Source: an uncultured Gammaproteobacteria bacterium (GTDB lineage: Bacteria; Pseudomonadota; Gammaproteobacteria; Steroidobacterales; Steroidobacteraceae). Taken from it: 64,000 nt of DNA. Positions 41,418-51,991 of the stretch are shown here, one piece after another. The notes below the pieces were generated by a model. The model made no database searches, was not told the DNA's origin, and worked only from the letters and a program-made list of their open reading frames with translations. Position numbers and translations under genes: made by a program. The DNA is taken from assembly GCA_963734645.1 (NCBI GenBank), contig CAVTID010000004.1, forward strand, positions 554,847 through 618,846, written 5' to 3'. Every line of letters begins with the position of its first letter. Position 1 is the stretch's first letter.

Positions 41418-42749
41418 AAAAGCACTGACGGGCAGCGCCGCGTCGATGGCATCTCCCAACCGGTCAACGATGGTGCCGATCTGTGCGCCGTTCACGATGA
41501 AGGGCGGGGCAATCAGCACGTGGTCGCCGTTGAGCCCATCGATCGTGCCGCCCATCGGATAGACCATCAATCCGCGCGCCATGGCCTCGGTCTTGATCCG
41601 GGCGTGGAGCTTGTATGCTGGGTTGAAAGGCGCCTTGGTGGCGCGGTCCGCCACGAGTTCCACGGCCCGAAACAGACCCCGGCCGCGAATGTCGCCGACA
41701 TGGACGTGGCGGCCCAATCGCTCTCTCAGTCGAAGGTCGAGCAGCTCGCCCATCGCTGCCACGTTGGCGAGTAACGCGTCGCGGTGGATCGTCTCCTGAA
41801 CGGCCAAGGCGGCCGCGGCGGCCATCGGATGGCCCATGTACGTGTGGCCATGCTGGAAGAAGCCCGATCCTTGCCGAAAAGCCTCGAAGACATGCGACCC
41901 GAGCAAAACTGCCCCCGTCGGCTGATAGCCTCCGCCCAAACCCTTGGCAATGGTTACGAGGTCGGGAACGACGCCGTCTTCCTCGCAGGCGTAGAGCCGA
42001 CCCGTGCGCCCCATGCCGCACATCACTTCGTCCAGGATGAGAAGAACGCCATAGCGGTCGCAAATCCGACGCACTCGCTGCAAATAATCAGCAACCGGAG
42101 GCACCGCGCCTGCGGTGGCTCCCACGACCGTCTCCGCGATGAACGCGATCACCGTGTCCGCCCCCAGAGCCAGAATCTGATCCTCCAGCAACTGGGCGGA
42201 GCGAGCAGCGTAGGCCTGGTCGGCTTCACCGTCGCGTTGCAGGCGGTAGGCAAAACACGGGTCGATGTGATGAGTCTCGATGAGCAATGGTTTGAACTGA
42301 CGGCGCCGCCAGTCGTTGCCACCCGCCGCAAGCGCCCCCAGCGTGTTGCCGTGGTAGCTTTGGCGGCGCGCGATAACGTGGCGCCGTTGCGGTTCGCCTT
42401 TTTCGACGAAGTACTGCCGCGCCATTTTCAGCGCGGCTTCGACGGCTTCCGAGCCGCCGCTCACGAAATACACGTGGTCGAGATTGCCGGGCGCATCCTG
42501 CACCAGCCGATCGGCCAGCCGCTCAGCGACCTCGGTCGTGAAGAAACTGGTATGCGCATAAGCGATCGCATCAAGTTGCGAGTGAAGAGCGGCGATGACA
42601 TCGGGATGCGCGTGACCGAGGCAAGAAACGGCTGCGCCTCCGGAGGCGTCGATATAGGTCCGGCCGTCTGCATCGACGAGAAATATCCCCTTGCCGCCGA
42701 CCGCCACCGGCAGCTTCGAGCCGATGTTTCTATGGAGAATGTTGGTCAC
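41409..42749 (-). CDS. class-III PLP-dependent aminotransferase (omega-amino acid/amine type)
   Basis: Intact 446-aa ORF with SGGSEAVEAALKMAR, LILDEVMCGMGRTG, TIAKGLGGGY. Confidence 0.9.
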   Translation of the reverse strand: MTNILHRNIGSKLPVAVGGKGIFLVDADGRTYIDASGGAAVSCLGHAHPDVIAALHSQLDAIAYAHTSFFTTEVAERLADRLVQDAPGNLDHVYFVSGGSEAVEAALKMARQYFVEKGEPQRRHVIARRQSYHGNTLGALAAGGNDWRRRQFKPLLIETHHIDPCFAYRLQRDGEADQAYAARSAQLLEDQILALGADTVIAFIAETVVGATAGAVPPVADYLQRVRRICDRYGVLLILDEVMCGMGRTGRLYACEEDGVVPDLVTIAKGLGGGYQPTGAVLLGSHVFEAFRQGSGFFQHGHTYMGHPMAAAAALAVQETIHRDALLANVAAMGELLDLRLRERLGRHVHVGDIRGRGLFRAVELVADRATKAPFNPAYKLHARIKTEAMARGLMVYPMGGTIDGLNGDHVLIAPPFIVNGAQIGTIVDRLGDAIDAALPVSAFSL

Positions 42750-42804
42750 GGGCGTTTCCGACGCGGTCTACCGTCGATATGCACATTCAATGCAGCGAGT
42801 CCGC

Positions 42805-43819
42805 TTAAGGTACCAGGACCACGCGAAAGCGCGCTTTGCCGCTCATCATGCGCTGATACGCCTCGGCGGCTTTCGCCAACGGAAAGGTCTCGATCGTCGG
42901 TCGCACGTCCGACAGCACACTGAATTGCAGGGTGTCCTCGGAATCCGAGGCGCGTCCCTGACGGCCATCCGGCAATGGATCTTCGCGCTCCGATCAGCAG
43001 CAGCGGTGAGACCTCGATGGGCTCGCCACTGGCGCCGACGACCATCAGCTTACCGTCGATGCCCAGTCCCGCGATCACCGAACTCATGCTCTTGGCATCG
43101 GTCACCGTGGCAAGGATCACCTTCGCGCCGCCGAGCTTGGTCAGCTCTTCGGCCGCGTTTTGAGACGTGCTGTCGATGTAGATGTGCGCGCCCAGCTTTT
43201 TGGCCAGAGGCCCCTTGTCCGCGCCGCGTGCAATCGCCACGGTCTTGAATCCCATCCTGGCAGCGAATTGCACGCCGAGGTGGCCCAGGCCTCCGATACC
43301 GAGGACTGCAACGAGATCGCCGGTGTGCGCGCCGCTATGGCGCAGCGCGTTAAAGGTCGTGATGCCGGCACAGAGCAGCGGCGCTGCGTCCTCCGATTTC
43401 ATCTGCTCCGGTATCGATGCGAGCGCCTCGAATGGGGCAATCATGTACTCGGCATAGCCGCCATCGTAGGAGATGCCCGGGATTTGTCCCACTTTGCACG
43501 TAATAAAGTCGCCGCGGCGGCACGAGCTGCAATGTCCGCAATGACCGCCGTGCCAACCCACGCCGACGCGCATGCCTTTTTTCCAGTCCGGCACGTCCGC
43601 CCCGATGGCATCGATGAGGCCCACCACCTCGTGGCCTGGGACACGCGGGTACTGTATGCCGGGGAAAGCGCCGGCGACGGTGAACATGTCGGAATGGCAG
43701 ACACCGCATGCCTGCACCTTGATGCGCACCTGGCGGGGTTTGGGGTCGGGTATATCTCGCTCGACGATTTCGAGAGCGGCATTGGGCTTTGTTGCCTGAA
43801 CGACTTTCATACGCGGCAT
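42805..43819 (-). pseudogene. zinc-type alcohol dehydrogenase, one frame switch near 42960
   Basis: GHEVVG, GGHCGHCSSCRRGDFITC and LGIGGLGHLG in ORF 42746..43819(-). The true tail ..DTLQFSVLSDVRPTIETFPLAKAAEAYQRMMSGKARFRVVLVP ends at TAA 42805-42807. Confidence 0.85.
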
Positions 43820-43897
43820 GGGGGTTCCTCCGGTAGTTGTCGCCCAATGTTAACGCACGAGACCGTGGGTGGTGTGGGCGCAATTGAATCGATTATC

Positions 43898-45304
43898 TCA
43901 GTAGCGCCGCAAGATCCGCCCGAGACGCTCGATGGCGCCATCCATGGCGGCCGTCCAGGGGTGACCGCAGTTCAGGCGCAGGAAGTTGCTGAATTGGCGG
44001 CGCGCGGAAAACATGGGGCCCGGCGCGATGGATATGCCCGACTCGAGCGCGAGGCGATGAACTTCGAGTGAATCGACCGTCGCCGCGCATTCGATCCACA
44101 GGAAGTATCCTCCGGTTGGCGGCGCGATCCGATAGCCGGCAGGGAAGTGACGTCGCATCGAATCGAGCGCAGCGGCCTGTTGGCCCGCCAATGCGCTGCG
44201 CAGCCGTACGAGGTGCGCATCATAGCCGCCGTGGCGCAGCATTTGTGCGATGCCCTGTTGAATCGGCAGGCTGGTGGCCAGAGAGAACTCGATTTTCCGC
44301 CTCGCTGCTTCTTTGGCAAACCGGCCCGCGGCAAGCCAGCCGAGACGGTATCCGGGTGCGAGACACTTGCTGAACGAACCGCAATGCAGGACTCCGCCTT
44401 TCTTGTCGAATGTCTTGGCGGGCGGCGCGAGCGGCGATGCGAACTGCAGTTCTGCGTAGGCATCGTCCTCGATGAGCGGGATGCCATGACTTTCGAGAAG
44501 GCGTACCAGCTGCCGCTTCTTCTCGAGCGGAACGCAGGCCCCGGTGGGATGGTGCAGGGTGGTCATGAACCAGCAGGCACGGATCGGATATTTGGCGATC
44601 GCCCTGGCCAGCCCGGCAATATCCACGCCGTGCCGGGGATGGGTCGGAATTTCGACGACTTTCAGTTGCAGTCGTTCAGCCGCCTGCAGGCAGCCGTAGA
44701 ACGTCGGCGACTCGACGGCGATGGTATCGCCGGGACGCACCACCGTTTGCAAGGCGAGATTGAGCGCTTCCAGAGCGCCGGCGGTGACGATGATTTCTTC
44801 GATGTCGATGGTCATCCCGAGCCGCAGGTAGCGTCGCGCGATCTGCTGACGGAGTTCTTTGTTGCCCGGGGGCAGGCTCGCGGAGGTGTTCCAAGGGTCC
44901 ATGTGCCGCGCGCTGCTGCCAAGGTAGCGCGCCAGCTTGGTCCATGGAAATAGGGCGGGACTGGGAAATGCCGAGCCCAGCGGAATGACTTCGCGATCCC
45001 GGGTGGCTTCCAGGGTGTCGAACACCAGGTCGCTCACGAGCACTCGCGTGGAACTTGATTTGGGATTCGATGTAGGCGGCCCCGCGGCCAACGGGCGTTT
45101 TCCCGCCACATAGTAACCGGATCTCGGTCTCGGCTCGATGAGCCCCTCGGCGACGAGGGTATCGTAGGCGTGCAGGACGGTGGCGGCGCTCACATTCCTC
45201 GTGCGGCTGAACTCGCGCACGGACGGCAGCTTCTCTCCGCTGCGCAGGGTGCCGCTGCGAATCATCCCGCCGAGTTCCTGGGCTACCGCGAGGTAGAGCT
45301 TCAT
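43898..45304 (-). CDS. MocR/GabR-type regulator (GntR wHTH fused to an aminotransferase fold)
   Basis: Intact 468-aa ORF. LPSVREFSRTRNVSAATVLHAYDTLVAEGLI, then a fold-type-I domain with SFSKCLAPGYRLGW. Confidence 0.9.
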   Translation of the reverse strand: MKLYLAVAQELGGMIRSGTLRSGEKLPSVREFSRTRNVSAATVLHAYDTLVAEGLIEPRPRSGYYVAGKRPLAAGPPTSNPKSSSTRVLVSDLVFDTLEATRDREVIPLGSAFPSPALFPWTKLARYLGSSARHMDPWNTSASLPPGNKELRQQIARRYLRLGMTIDIEEIIVTAGALEALNLALQTVVRPGDTIAVESPTFYGCLQAAERLQLKVVEIPTHPRHGVDIAGLARAIAKYPIRACWFMTTLHHPTGACVPLEKKRQLVRLLESHGIPLIEDDAYAELQFASPLAPPAKTFDKKGGVLHCGSFSKCLAPGYRLGWLAAGRFAKEAARRKIEFSLATSLPIQQGIAQMLRHGGYDAHLVRLRSALAGQQAAALDSMRRHFPAGYRIAPPTGGYFLWIECAATVDSLEVHRLALESGISIAPGPMFSARRQFSNFLRLNCGHPWTAAMDGAIERLGRILRRY

Positions 45305-45356
45305 AACGGGCTACATTACGGTGTGCGAGCCCAGGCCACCAGCGCTTGCAGTCGAA

Positions 45357-45557
45357 TCAACGAATCCCGCGCGGTTCGATCCACCCAAAGTGATAGCCAA
45401 CCAACAGCAGCATGAACAAGGCCACCGAGAGCGTGATTCTGACAGTCAGCGCCTGCGCCATCTGCTGCGCCCGATCGGGTCCGGATGACATGGAGAACAA
45501 AGCATGACCCAGGCTGCCTACGATGACCATGAGCAACAGGACTATTAGAAATTGCAT
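45357..45557 (-). CDS. small two-TM protein, DUF2909-like
   Basis: Intact 66-aa ORF: MQFLIVLLLMVIVGSLG..ALTVRITLSVALFMLLLVGYHFGWI. Confidence 0.5.
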   Translation of the reverse strand: MQFLIVLLLMVIVGSLGHALFSMSSGPDRAQQMAQALTVRITLSVALFMLLLVGYHFGWIEPRGIR

Positions 45558-45778
45558 TCATCCTCCGCCGCTTTCGATGCGGCTTCGTGCGACGCGTCAG
45601 CCGTTGCCCGACTTTCGCGACGCACGACGGCAACCACGCTTGCCAGGGCTGCCAGCATCACCCCGACCATCGCGAACATGATGAACACAAGGCCGCCCGC
45701 GAGCTTCACGCACTCGTAGAAGCCGCCCAGCAGTCCGATCGGGGTGGTCACCAGAAGCAGGGGCTTCGCAATTCTCAT
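45545..45778 (-). CDS. small hypothetical membrane protein
   Basis: Met at 45778 within ORF 45545..45865(-). Two hydrophobic helices (PLLLVTTPIGLLGGFY, LVFIMFAMVGVMLAALASVVAV). It overlaps the next gene by 13 nt. Confidence 0.4.
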   Translation of the reverse strand: MRIAKPLLLVTTPIGLLGGFYECVKLAGGLVFIMFAMVGVMLAALASVVAVVRRESRATADASHEAASKAAEDECNF

Positions 45779-45918
45779 GGGCGCAGTGTGACAGGGTAAA
45801 TTGCGCATAACAGATGCAGCGCGGCGCAATAAAAAGCGGTACAGAGTGTTTCGCAGGGCGCGCACGATTGGCCGCGAGCCGATTCATCCGGCATCATCGG
45901 TCAGTGGAGGCATTGCCA

Positions 45919-46410
45919 ATGCACGTCCTATCGTCCGTCATCGCCGCCTCGTTGATTGCGGCGGGCCTGGTTGGCGCGATCGTGCCGGTGCTGCCGGGCA
46001 TCCCATTGATTTTCGGAGGCCTTTGGCTGCTAGCCGGCGCGGATCACTACCGACACATCAGCCCGTGGTGGCTGCTGGGTATCGCCTGCGTCGGTGCCGC
46101 GGGCCTGACTTTAGACCTGCTCGCCGCAGCTTTGGGTGCAACGCATGTGGGAGCCAGCCGGCGCGCCGTATGGGGTGCCCTGATAGGTACCGGGATCGGT
46201 GTGTTTTTCGGATTGCCCGGTGTGCTGCTGGGACCCTTTTTCGGCGCGGTGATCGGCGAATTGTCGGCCGGCAAGAGTATGTTGCGCTCGGCGCACGTCG
46301 GCATGAGCGCCTGGGCGGGATTGATCTTTGGCACGATCGTCAAGCTGGTCTCCTCGGTGACCATGCTGGCGCTGTTCGGCGCAGTCTGGTGGTGGAATCG
46401 CGGCCCTTGA
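45919..46410 (+). CDS. DUF456-family membrane protein
   Basis: ATG at 45919 after ggagg (45906-45910). Segments: GAIVPVLPGIPLIFGG.., GLPGVLLGPFFGAVIGEL. Confidence 0.7.
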   Translation: MHVLSSVIAASLIAAGLVGAIVPVLPGIPLIFGGLWLLAGADHYRHISPWWLLGIACVGAAGLTLDLLAAALGATHVGASRRAVWGALIGTGIGVFFGLPGVLLGPFFGAVIGELSAGKSMLRSAHVGMSAWAGLIFGTIVKLVSSVTMLALFGAVWWWNRGP

Positions 46411-46514
46411 GAAAGGGCTTATCCTGCGGGCAGTGGCAATACCAGAGCACCGGCTTTATGAGCCCTGCCGCAAGACGGGAGCGCCACCGGGGGTTCTTGG
46501 GATAGGCATTCGAG

Positions 46515-47114
46515 GTGAAGTCCATGGCCGATCGAATTCTCGTTTTATACGGCTCGTACCGCGCAGATCGCAAGGGCATTCGCCTGGCCAAGTTCGTCAT
46601 GGCCGGACTGGCCGAGCGGGGCAGCCTGCCCGAACTCATCGACGCGAAGGCGGTCGGCTTGCCGATGCTCGATCGGATGTACAAAGAGTACCCGTCCGGC
46701 GCCGCGCCGGCCGCGATGGAGGCGCTGGCGGGGAAGATCCGCTCGGCCGACGCCTTCGTGTTCGTCGCAGGCGAATACAATTGGGGCATGCAGCCGGGCT
46801 TGAAGAACCTCACCGACCATTTTCTCGAGGAATGGTTTTGGCGGCCGGCTGCGGTGGTCAGCTACTCGGCAGGGCGGCTGTCCGGCGCGCGGGCCAATAT
46901 GCTATGGCACGGAACTCTGTCTGAGATGGGCATGGTCGTCATTTCAAGCACGCTCAGCGTAGGGCCCATTGACCACAGCTTGAGCATCGACGGCACGCCG
47001 ATCGGCGATGGCGGTTCCCAACTGCAACGGGCGTTTCCGCGCTTCGCCGACGATCTTGCCTGGTGGGCCGAGGCGGCGAAATACCAAAGGGCGCGACAGG
47101 CGCCTCCCTACTGA
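46515..47114 (+). CDS. NADPH-dependent FMN reductase family protein
   Basis: Intact ORF with ILVLYGSYRADRKG and ADAFVFVAGEYNWGMQPGLKN. An alternative ATG lies at 46524. Confidence 0.8.
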   Translation: MKSMADRILVLYGSYRADRKGIRLAKFVMAGLAERGSLPELIDAKAVGLPMLDRMYKEYPSGAAPAAMEALAGKIRSADAFVFVAGEYNWGMQPGLKNLTDHFLEEWFWRPAAVVSYSAGRLSGARANMLWHGTLSEMGMVVISSTLSVGPIDHSLSIDGTPIGDGGSQLQRAFPRFADDLAWWAEAAKYQRARQAPPY

Positions 47115-47223
47115 ATTTCCACCCCGGGGCAGCATGCCGCCGCCGGTGCGGCTCAAGATCCGGCCGGTGTGGCCGATAGCCAAAGCTTTGGCTAAATAAG
47201 CCTTGATCAAGAGGATCGACTCA

Positions 47224-48742
47224 ATGGCAGCCTTGAAACGTGGGTTCGGCGGCTTTGGTTGGCTGGCAAAGGCGAGGCGTCTGCGCGAGCTGGAGTCCCT
47301 GCATTCGGCGATCGATAAGTCGCAGGCCGTGATCGAACTGGCCATGGACGGCGCGGTGCTCACGGCGAACGAGAATTATCTGAAGATTTTCGGCTACACC
47401 CTGGCCGAAGTACAAGGCAAGCCCTATTCGATGTTCGTCGATCCGGCGGAGCGCAGCGGGGCCGACTATCGGGGCTTATGGGACCACATGCAGGCGGGTC
47501 GACACGAGCAGGGGCGATTCAAGCGCATGGGCAAGAACGGCCGCGAAGTCTGGGTTCGGGCGAGCTTCAATCCGCTCGTCGACCGCGACGGCAAACCTTG
47601 GAAAGTGGTCAAGTTCGCGAGTGAAATCACGCCCATCATCATCGAGGCGCGGGCTTTGGATGCGGCAGTGCACGAATCCCAGGAGGTCATCAAAGCGTCA
47701 CTCGCCGGCGTGGGCGATCGGCGCATCGGCATGGCCGGCAAGACCGGCAACCTCGAACTGCTCGCGCGCAGCATCAACCAGTTGATCGACAGCGTTTCGA
47801 CGACGGTCGCGGAAACTACACAGGTCGTGCAGCGGGCCGTCGGGCGGTGACCTCGCGTCGCGAATGAAGGTCGACGACAAGTCCGGTCACTTCAAAGCGC
47901 TCGCCGTGTCGATCAATTCGATGATTCAGTCCATGATGGAAGTCGTCACCAGTTTGACCAAGACCTCGCGCGAGGTGCAGGTTGGAGCGGAGGAGATTTC
48001 CCGCGGCACCCTCGAGTTGAGCAAGCGCACCGAGGAGCAAGCCGCCAGCCTCGAAGAGACGGCCTCCTCGATGGAGGAGATGACCGCGACGGTGAAGAAC
48101 AACGCGGACAACGCGGCTCAGGCCAATCAGCTGGCAGCGGCGGCGCGCGAGCAGGCCGAACGGGGCGGTCGGGTCGTGGGTTCGGCGGTGACGGCGATGA
48201 GCGAGATCAATGTGGCCAGCAAGAAGATCGCCGACATCATCGGGGTGATCGATGAGATCGCGTTCCAGACGAATTTGTTGGCGCTGAACGCGGCGGTGGA
48301 AGCGGCGCGTGCCGGCGAGCAGGGGCGAGGCTTTGCGGTGGTTGCATCCGAGGTGCGGAATCTCGCTTCGAGGAGCGCGGCAGCGGCCAAGGAGATCAAG
48401 GCGCTGATTCAGGACTCAGTGGGCAAGGTGACCGAAGGAACGAGACTGGTGGACGAATCGGGCACGGTGCTCGGCGAGATCGTGATGCGGGTGAAGAAGG
48501 TGACGGACGTAATGGCGGAGATCGCCAACTCGAGCCGCGAACAGGCCTCGGGCATCGAGCAGGTGAACAAGGCGGTGAATTCGATGGATACGATGACGCA
48601 GCAGAACGCGGCGATGGTCGAACAGGCCTCTGCGGCTGCGCAGGTGCTGAGCGAACAGGCCACGAACATGATGGAGTTGATCGCGCAATATCGGCAGTCC
48701 GAACCGATTCCATCGCCGGCCTTGCGCAAGCAGGTCGCGTAA
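47224..48742 (+). pseudogene. soluble PAS-domain methyl-accepting chemotaxis protein, one frame switch near 47845
   Basis: PAS segment (AVIELAMDGAVLTANENYLKIFGY..GREVWVRASFNPL) in ORF 47203... The signalling domain [38 protein letters not shown] is in ORF 47864..48742. Confidence 0.9.
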
Positions 48743-48823
48743 GCGGGGGCGCGATACAGTTTCGTGGATGGCGACGGCCGCGGCATAATCGGCTCAGGGG
48801 TCATTTCCTCCGAGGAGTCAGCC

Positions 48824-49177
48824 ATGGCATATGCATTATTGATCGTCGAGCCCGCGGGACAGCGGGCGACTCGAACCGAGGCCGAGGGGCGCGCGCTTTA
48901 CGAACGCATGCTTCGGTTCAACGAGGACCTGAAGTCCCGCGGACTGCTCACGATGACACAGTCCCTCAAAACCGATACCCAGGGTGCGCGCGTACGCGTA
49001 CAGGGCAATCAATCGACGGTGGTCGACGGCCCGTTTGCGGAAGCCAAGGAGATGATCGGTGGGTTCTTCATCTTGACCTGTGAGACGCGTGCGCAGGCGA
49101 TTGCACTCGCGGAAGAATGTCCTGCGGCGCGATGGGCCACCGTGGAAGTTCGGGAACTCGGCCCGTGCTATGAGTAA
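48824..49177 (+). CDS. YciI/DGPF-domain protein
   Basis: ATG at 48824 after gaggag. VVDGPFAEAKEMIGGFFIL. Confidence 0.8.
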   Translation: MAYALLIVEPAGQRATRTEAEGRALYERMLRFNEDLKSRGLLTMTQSLKTDTQGARVRVQGNQSTVVDGPFAEAKEMIGGFFILTCETRAQAIALAEECPAARWATVEVRELGPCYE

Positions 49178-49219
49178 CGGAGGGGCGGCACCGCGCGCCT
49201 CAGTCGATGGGTGACGCGC

Positions 49220-49252
49220 AAAAAGCGGGGCTAGCGCCGAACGCTAGCCCGC
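49220..49252 (-). terminator. rho-independent terminator of the PRC-barrel gene
   Basis: On the minus strand it reads GCGGGCTAGCG-TTCGG-CGCTAGCCCCGC (one bulge) followed by TTTTT. It starts 8 nt after the stop at 49260. Confidence 0.65.
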
Positions 49253-49259
49253 AACTCGA

Positions 49260-49676
49260 CTATTGAATTCGGCCGGCGCTTTTCACACCATAGAACTTGT
49301 GCACGCCCGTTGCCCAGGTCGAATCGGCCATTGAGGGCCAATGGTCTTTGTCGAATCCGGGGGCATTCTTGAGTTGTTCTTTGGAGGCGTTGAGAACGAA
49401 CCGCTTGTTCTCGGTGTCCAGTTTCAATGCCTGCCAAGGAACTGCAAATAGCCGGTCCCCCACGCCTAGAAAGCCGCCGTAGGACAAGACCGCGTAAATG
49501 ACTTGCCCGGTCGCCATGTCGATCATGAATTCTTTGATGGTGCCCAAGCTTTCGTTGGCGGTGTTGTAGACATCGTTCCCCATCAGTGTGTCGGCTCCCA
49601 TGAGTTCCGGGCCGGGCCCGCTGCCAGGGCTCTTATACATGCCATAGGTGTCGCGAGAAATATAGTTCGATTCCAT
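49260..49676 (-). CDS. PRC-barrel domain protein
   Basis: Intact 138-aa ORF: LMGNDVYNTANESLGTIKEFMIDMATGQVIYAVLSYGGFLGVGDRLFAVPW. Confidence 0.8.
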   Translation of the reverse strand: MESNYISRDTYGMYKSPGSGPGPELMGADTLMGNDVYNTANESLGTIKEFMIDMATGQVIYAVLSYGGFLGVGDRLFAVPWQALKLDTENKRFVLNASKEQLKNAPGFDKDHWPSMADSTWATGVHKFYGVKSAGRIQ

Positions 49677-49791
49677 TAGGGTCTCCGATTGAATTGAGTA
49701 GTACGCGCTCGATTTGAGCTGCGATCAGTCTCAACCAATTACCGAGCAGTGGCTGCCCGTGCGCAGCGCTCCAGGTTGCAAGTGGTTACGC

Positions 49792-51858
49792 TCACCGTGT
49801 GTCGGCGGTCTCCGACGGAGCTGACACGGGTTCCGTGGTTTGATCGAGTGCCGAGGCGCAGTCCTTGTTTTTCGCCAGACCTGGATCAATGAAGGCGATC
49901 ACCGCAGCGACCGGGGTGAGCAGTGTACCGAGAGCCGCCGCCACGGCCCCCTGACCGGCAAGTTTCTTGACGTCGACGCCGATAGAAGGATGCGCTAGGG
50001 TTCCCCCGACGGTGATGGGCGCGCGCACGCGGGTGAATCTGATGTGTTTCGGATCGCCTTTCAGCTCCAAATTCAGTTTCTCATCTTGCAGATTGATATC
50101 GCCGCGGCCGCTGATCAAGACATCCGTGGTATCGACAAAGAAGGTCTTCTCGGCCAGCGTGCCTCGTTCCGCCTGGAAATCCATAACGCTGCACCGGATT
50201 TCGGTTTTGTGGTCCTTATCCCCGAGAAGCAGTCCTAACCCGCGCGTCACATTGATCCCGGTTAATTCGGCGATCCCGGCCTCGATTTCTCCCTGTGGCA
50301 CGATCATGCTGATGGCCCCCTGGGCCGACGATGCAAATTTATGAACTGAATCGCCGGCGCCCGTTAGCCGTATTCGTCCCTCGAGAGAACCGGTCAGCGG
50401 GGCCGAGGTCATCGCCGGCGATTTAAACTGGCTGAGATCAATATTCGTCATTTGCATATCGATGGTGGACTCCGGTACGTTCTTGCGCGCGTCAATCTTC
50501 ACCGTGCCGGCGAATTTCCCCCGATCCAGCACGAATGCCAACGGATCGATGGTCAAGACACCTTTGTCGAGCAGCAGATGCAAGCTGACTTGTCTCAACG
50601 GCAATTTAGGAGTGATGACCGAGCCCGCCGCGTAGCGTACGTCGGCATCCATTCCTCGCACGCGATCGACCTGTAGCATCGAATCGGGCAAGAGGCGATC
50701 ATGGAGTTTTTGATAGTCGGTCACGACCGGCTTCGGTGCGGGTCTCGTGGGCGCCACGCTGTTTTTTGAGGTCGCATCGATCGAAGCCGCCGACAGAGTG
50801 TCGCCCTTGCCTGAGGCGGGGGCGCCCAAGGCGGGGGCCGTATCGGCTATGTTTAACCTCTTCGATATCAGGTGGCCCGTTAATTTCGGAATTTTCGAAC
50901 GCGTCTCGACGATGACCGCTCCGGAGACGTCGCTCGATCCTACGCGACCCTTCAAGTCATCCACCGTATACGTCGTGCCGGCAACTTTCACCGAGGCGGC
51001 CAATCGATACGGAGGGGTATTCGGAAGTGCAAGTCCTGTCAAGTAAAAGACATCCGCCAAGTCCTTCCCCGTGACGACAAATCCGACGTTGAGCTGGCTC
51101 AAATCGAAAGGCCTTTTCACGGTGACCGTCGTATCAAGTTTGATATCGGCGGCTGCGACTTTCGCTGCAAATGTATAGGCCGTCTTCGGCGTCAGATCCT
51201 GGAGCGGTGCCCCATCGACGGCTAGGGAGAAGGGCTTTTCATTGAGAGTTCCACGGGCGCGAATTTTGAACGCCGAAGGGTCATTGGATCTCGCGTGTTC
51301 CGCGGCGGCTAACGACCCCTCGAACCGCAGCTTGCGCACTTGATCGCGAACGTGCAAGGAGCCGTCGGCGATCGTCAGTGACAAGATGGTGGGAATCTTT
51401 GCCGGCTTCGTGGCGTCAGCGGGCGTTCCGGCCTTGGTTCCGAACTCCCAACTGGCGCGGCCTGCCTTGTCTCGCTCCAGATTGATCACGGGTTTGGTCA
51501 GCGATAGCTGCGACAAGACGAGCTGGCCGCGAAGCAAACGACCGAGACTTGTGCTCACCCTGATCTGATCCGCGCTGAACATGATGGGTTTATCGGCCCA
51601 GGATGGGTTCTTGATCGTAATTCCATTGATTTCGAGGCTCGGTGCCCAGGACAACAGGTGAACGCGAAGATCGCCATTAATCTTGGTCTCGCGGCCTGTC
51701 TTGCCGGCGATGGCGTGTTCGAGCGTTGGTCGCAGCAGGTTGGAATTGAGCACGCCGATGATGGCAAGCACCATAATCAATAGGAAGGCGAAAACGCTGG
51801 CAATTGCCGCGGCGATCTTATGGGTCCTGAAAAAGTTGCTCACTGGCAATTCACTCAC
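49792..51858 (-). CDS. AsmA family protein
   Basis: Intact 688-aa ORF with an N-terminal TM anchor and a long beta-rich periplasmic body (..LRPTLEHAIAGKTGRETKINGDLRVHLLSW..). Confidence 0.75.
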   Translation of the reverse strand: MSELPVSNFFRTHKIAAAIASVFAFLLIMVLAIIGVLNSNLLRPTLEHAIAGKTGRETKINGDLRVHLLSWAPSLEINGITIKNPSWADKPIMFSADQIRVSTSLGRLLRGQLVLSQLSLTKPVINLERDKAGRASWEFGTKAGTPADATKPAKIPTILSLTIADGSLHVRDQVRKLRFEGSLAAAEHARSNDPSAFKIRARGTLNEKPFSLAVDGAPLQDLTPKTAYTFAAKVAAADIKLDTTVTVKRPFDLSQLNVGFVVTGKDLADVFYLTGLALPNTPPYRLAASVKVAGTTYTVDDLKGRVGSSDVSGAVIVETRSKIPKLTGHLISKRLNIADTAPALGAPASGKGDTLSAASIDATSKNSVAPTRPAPKPVVTDYQKLHDRLLPDSMLQVDRVRGMDADVRYAAGSVITPKLPLRQVSLHLLLDKGVLTIDPLAFVLDRGKFAGTVKIDARKNVPESTIDMQMTNIDLSQFKSPAMTSAPLTGSLEGRIRLTGAGDSVHKFASSAQGAISMIVPQGEIEAGIAELTGINVTRGLGLLLGDKDHKTEIRCSVMDFQAERGTLAEKTFFVDTTDVLISGRGDINLQDEKLNLELKGDPKHIRFTRVRAPITVGGTLAHPSIGVDVKKLAGQGAVAAALGTLLTPVAAVIAFIDPGLAKNKDCASALDQTTEPVSAPSETADTR

Positions 51859-51991
51859 GAATGAGGGACTCCGCGCCGCTTCTGTTTCTAGAGTGCGATG
51901 AGATTACGGGAGCGGGGCTTGACCTTTGTATCGGTGTGCTCCGCAAGTCGACGTCAGACTATTGGGCGGATTGATAGTCTCGGACGGCAAG

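Noticed and set aside
41784-42923. 379-aa plus-strand ORF
   Set aside because: It is antisense to the intact class-III aminotransferase and has no recognisable domain.
47178-47193. Perfect 16-bp palindrome agccaaagctttggct between the FMN reductase and MCP genes
   Set aside because: It could be a 6-bp hairpin or an operator. With no U-tract, no second copy and no regulator context, I cannot assign a role.
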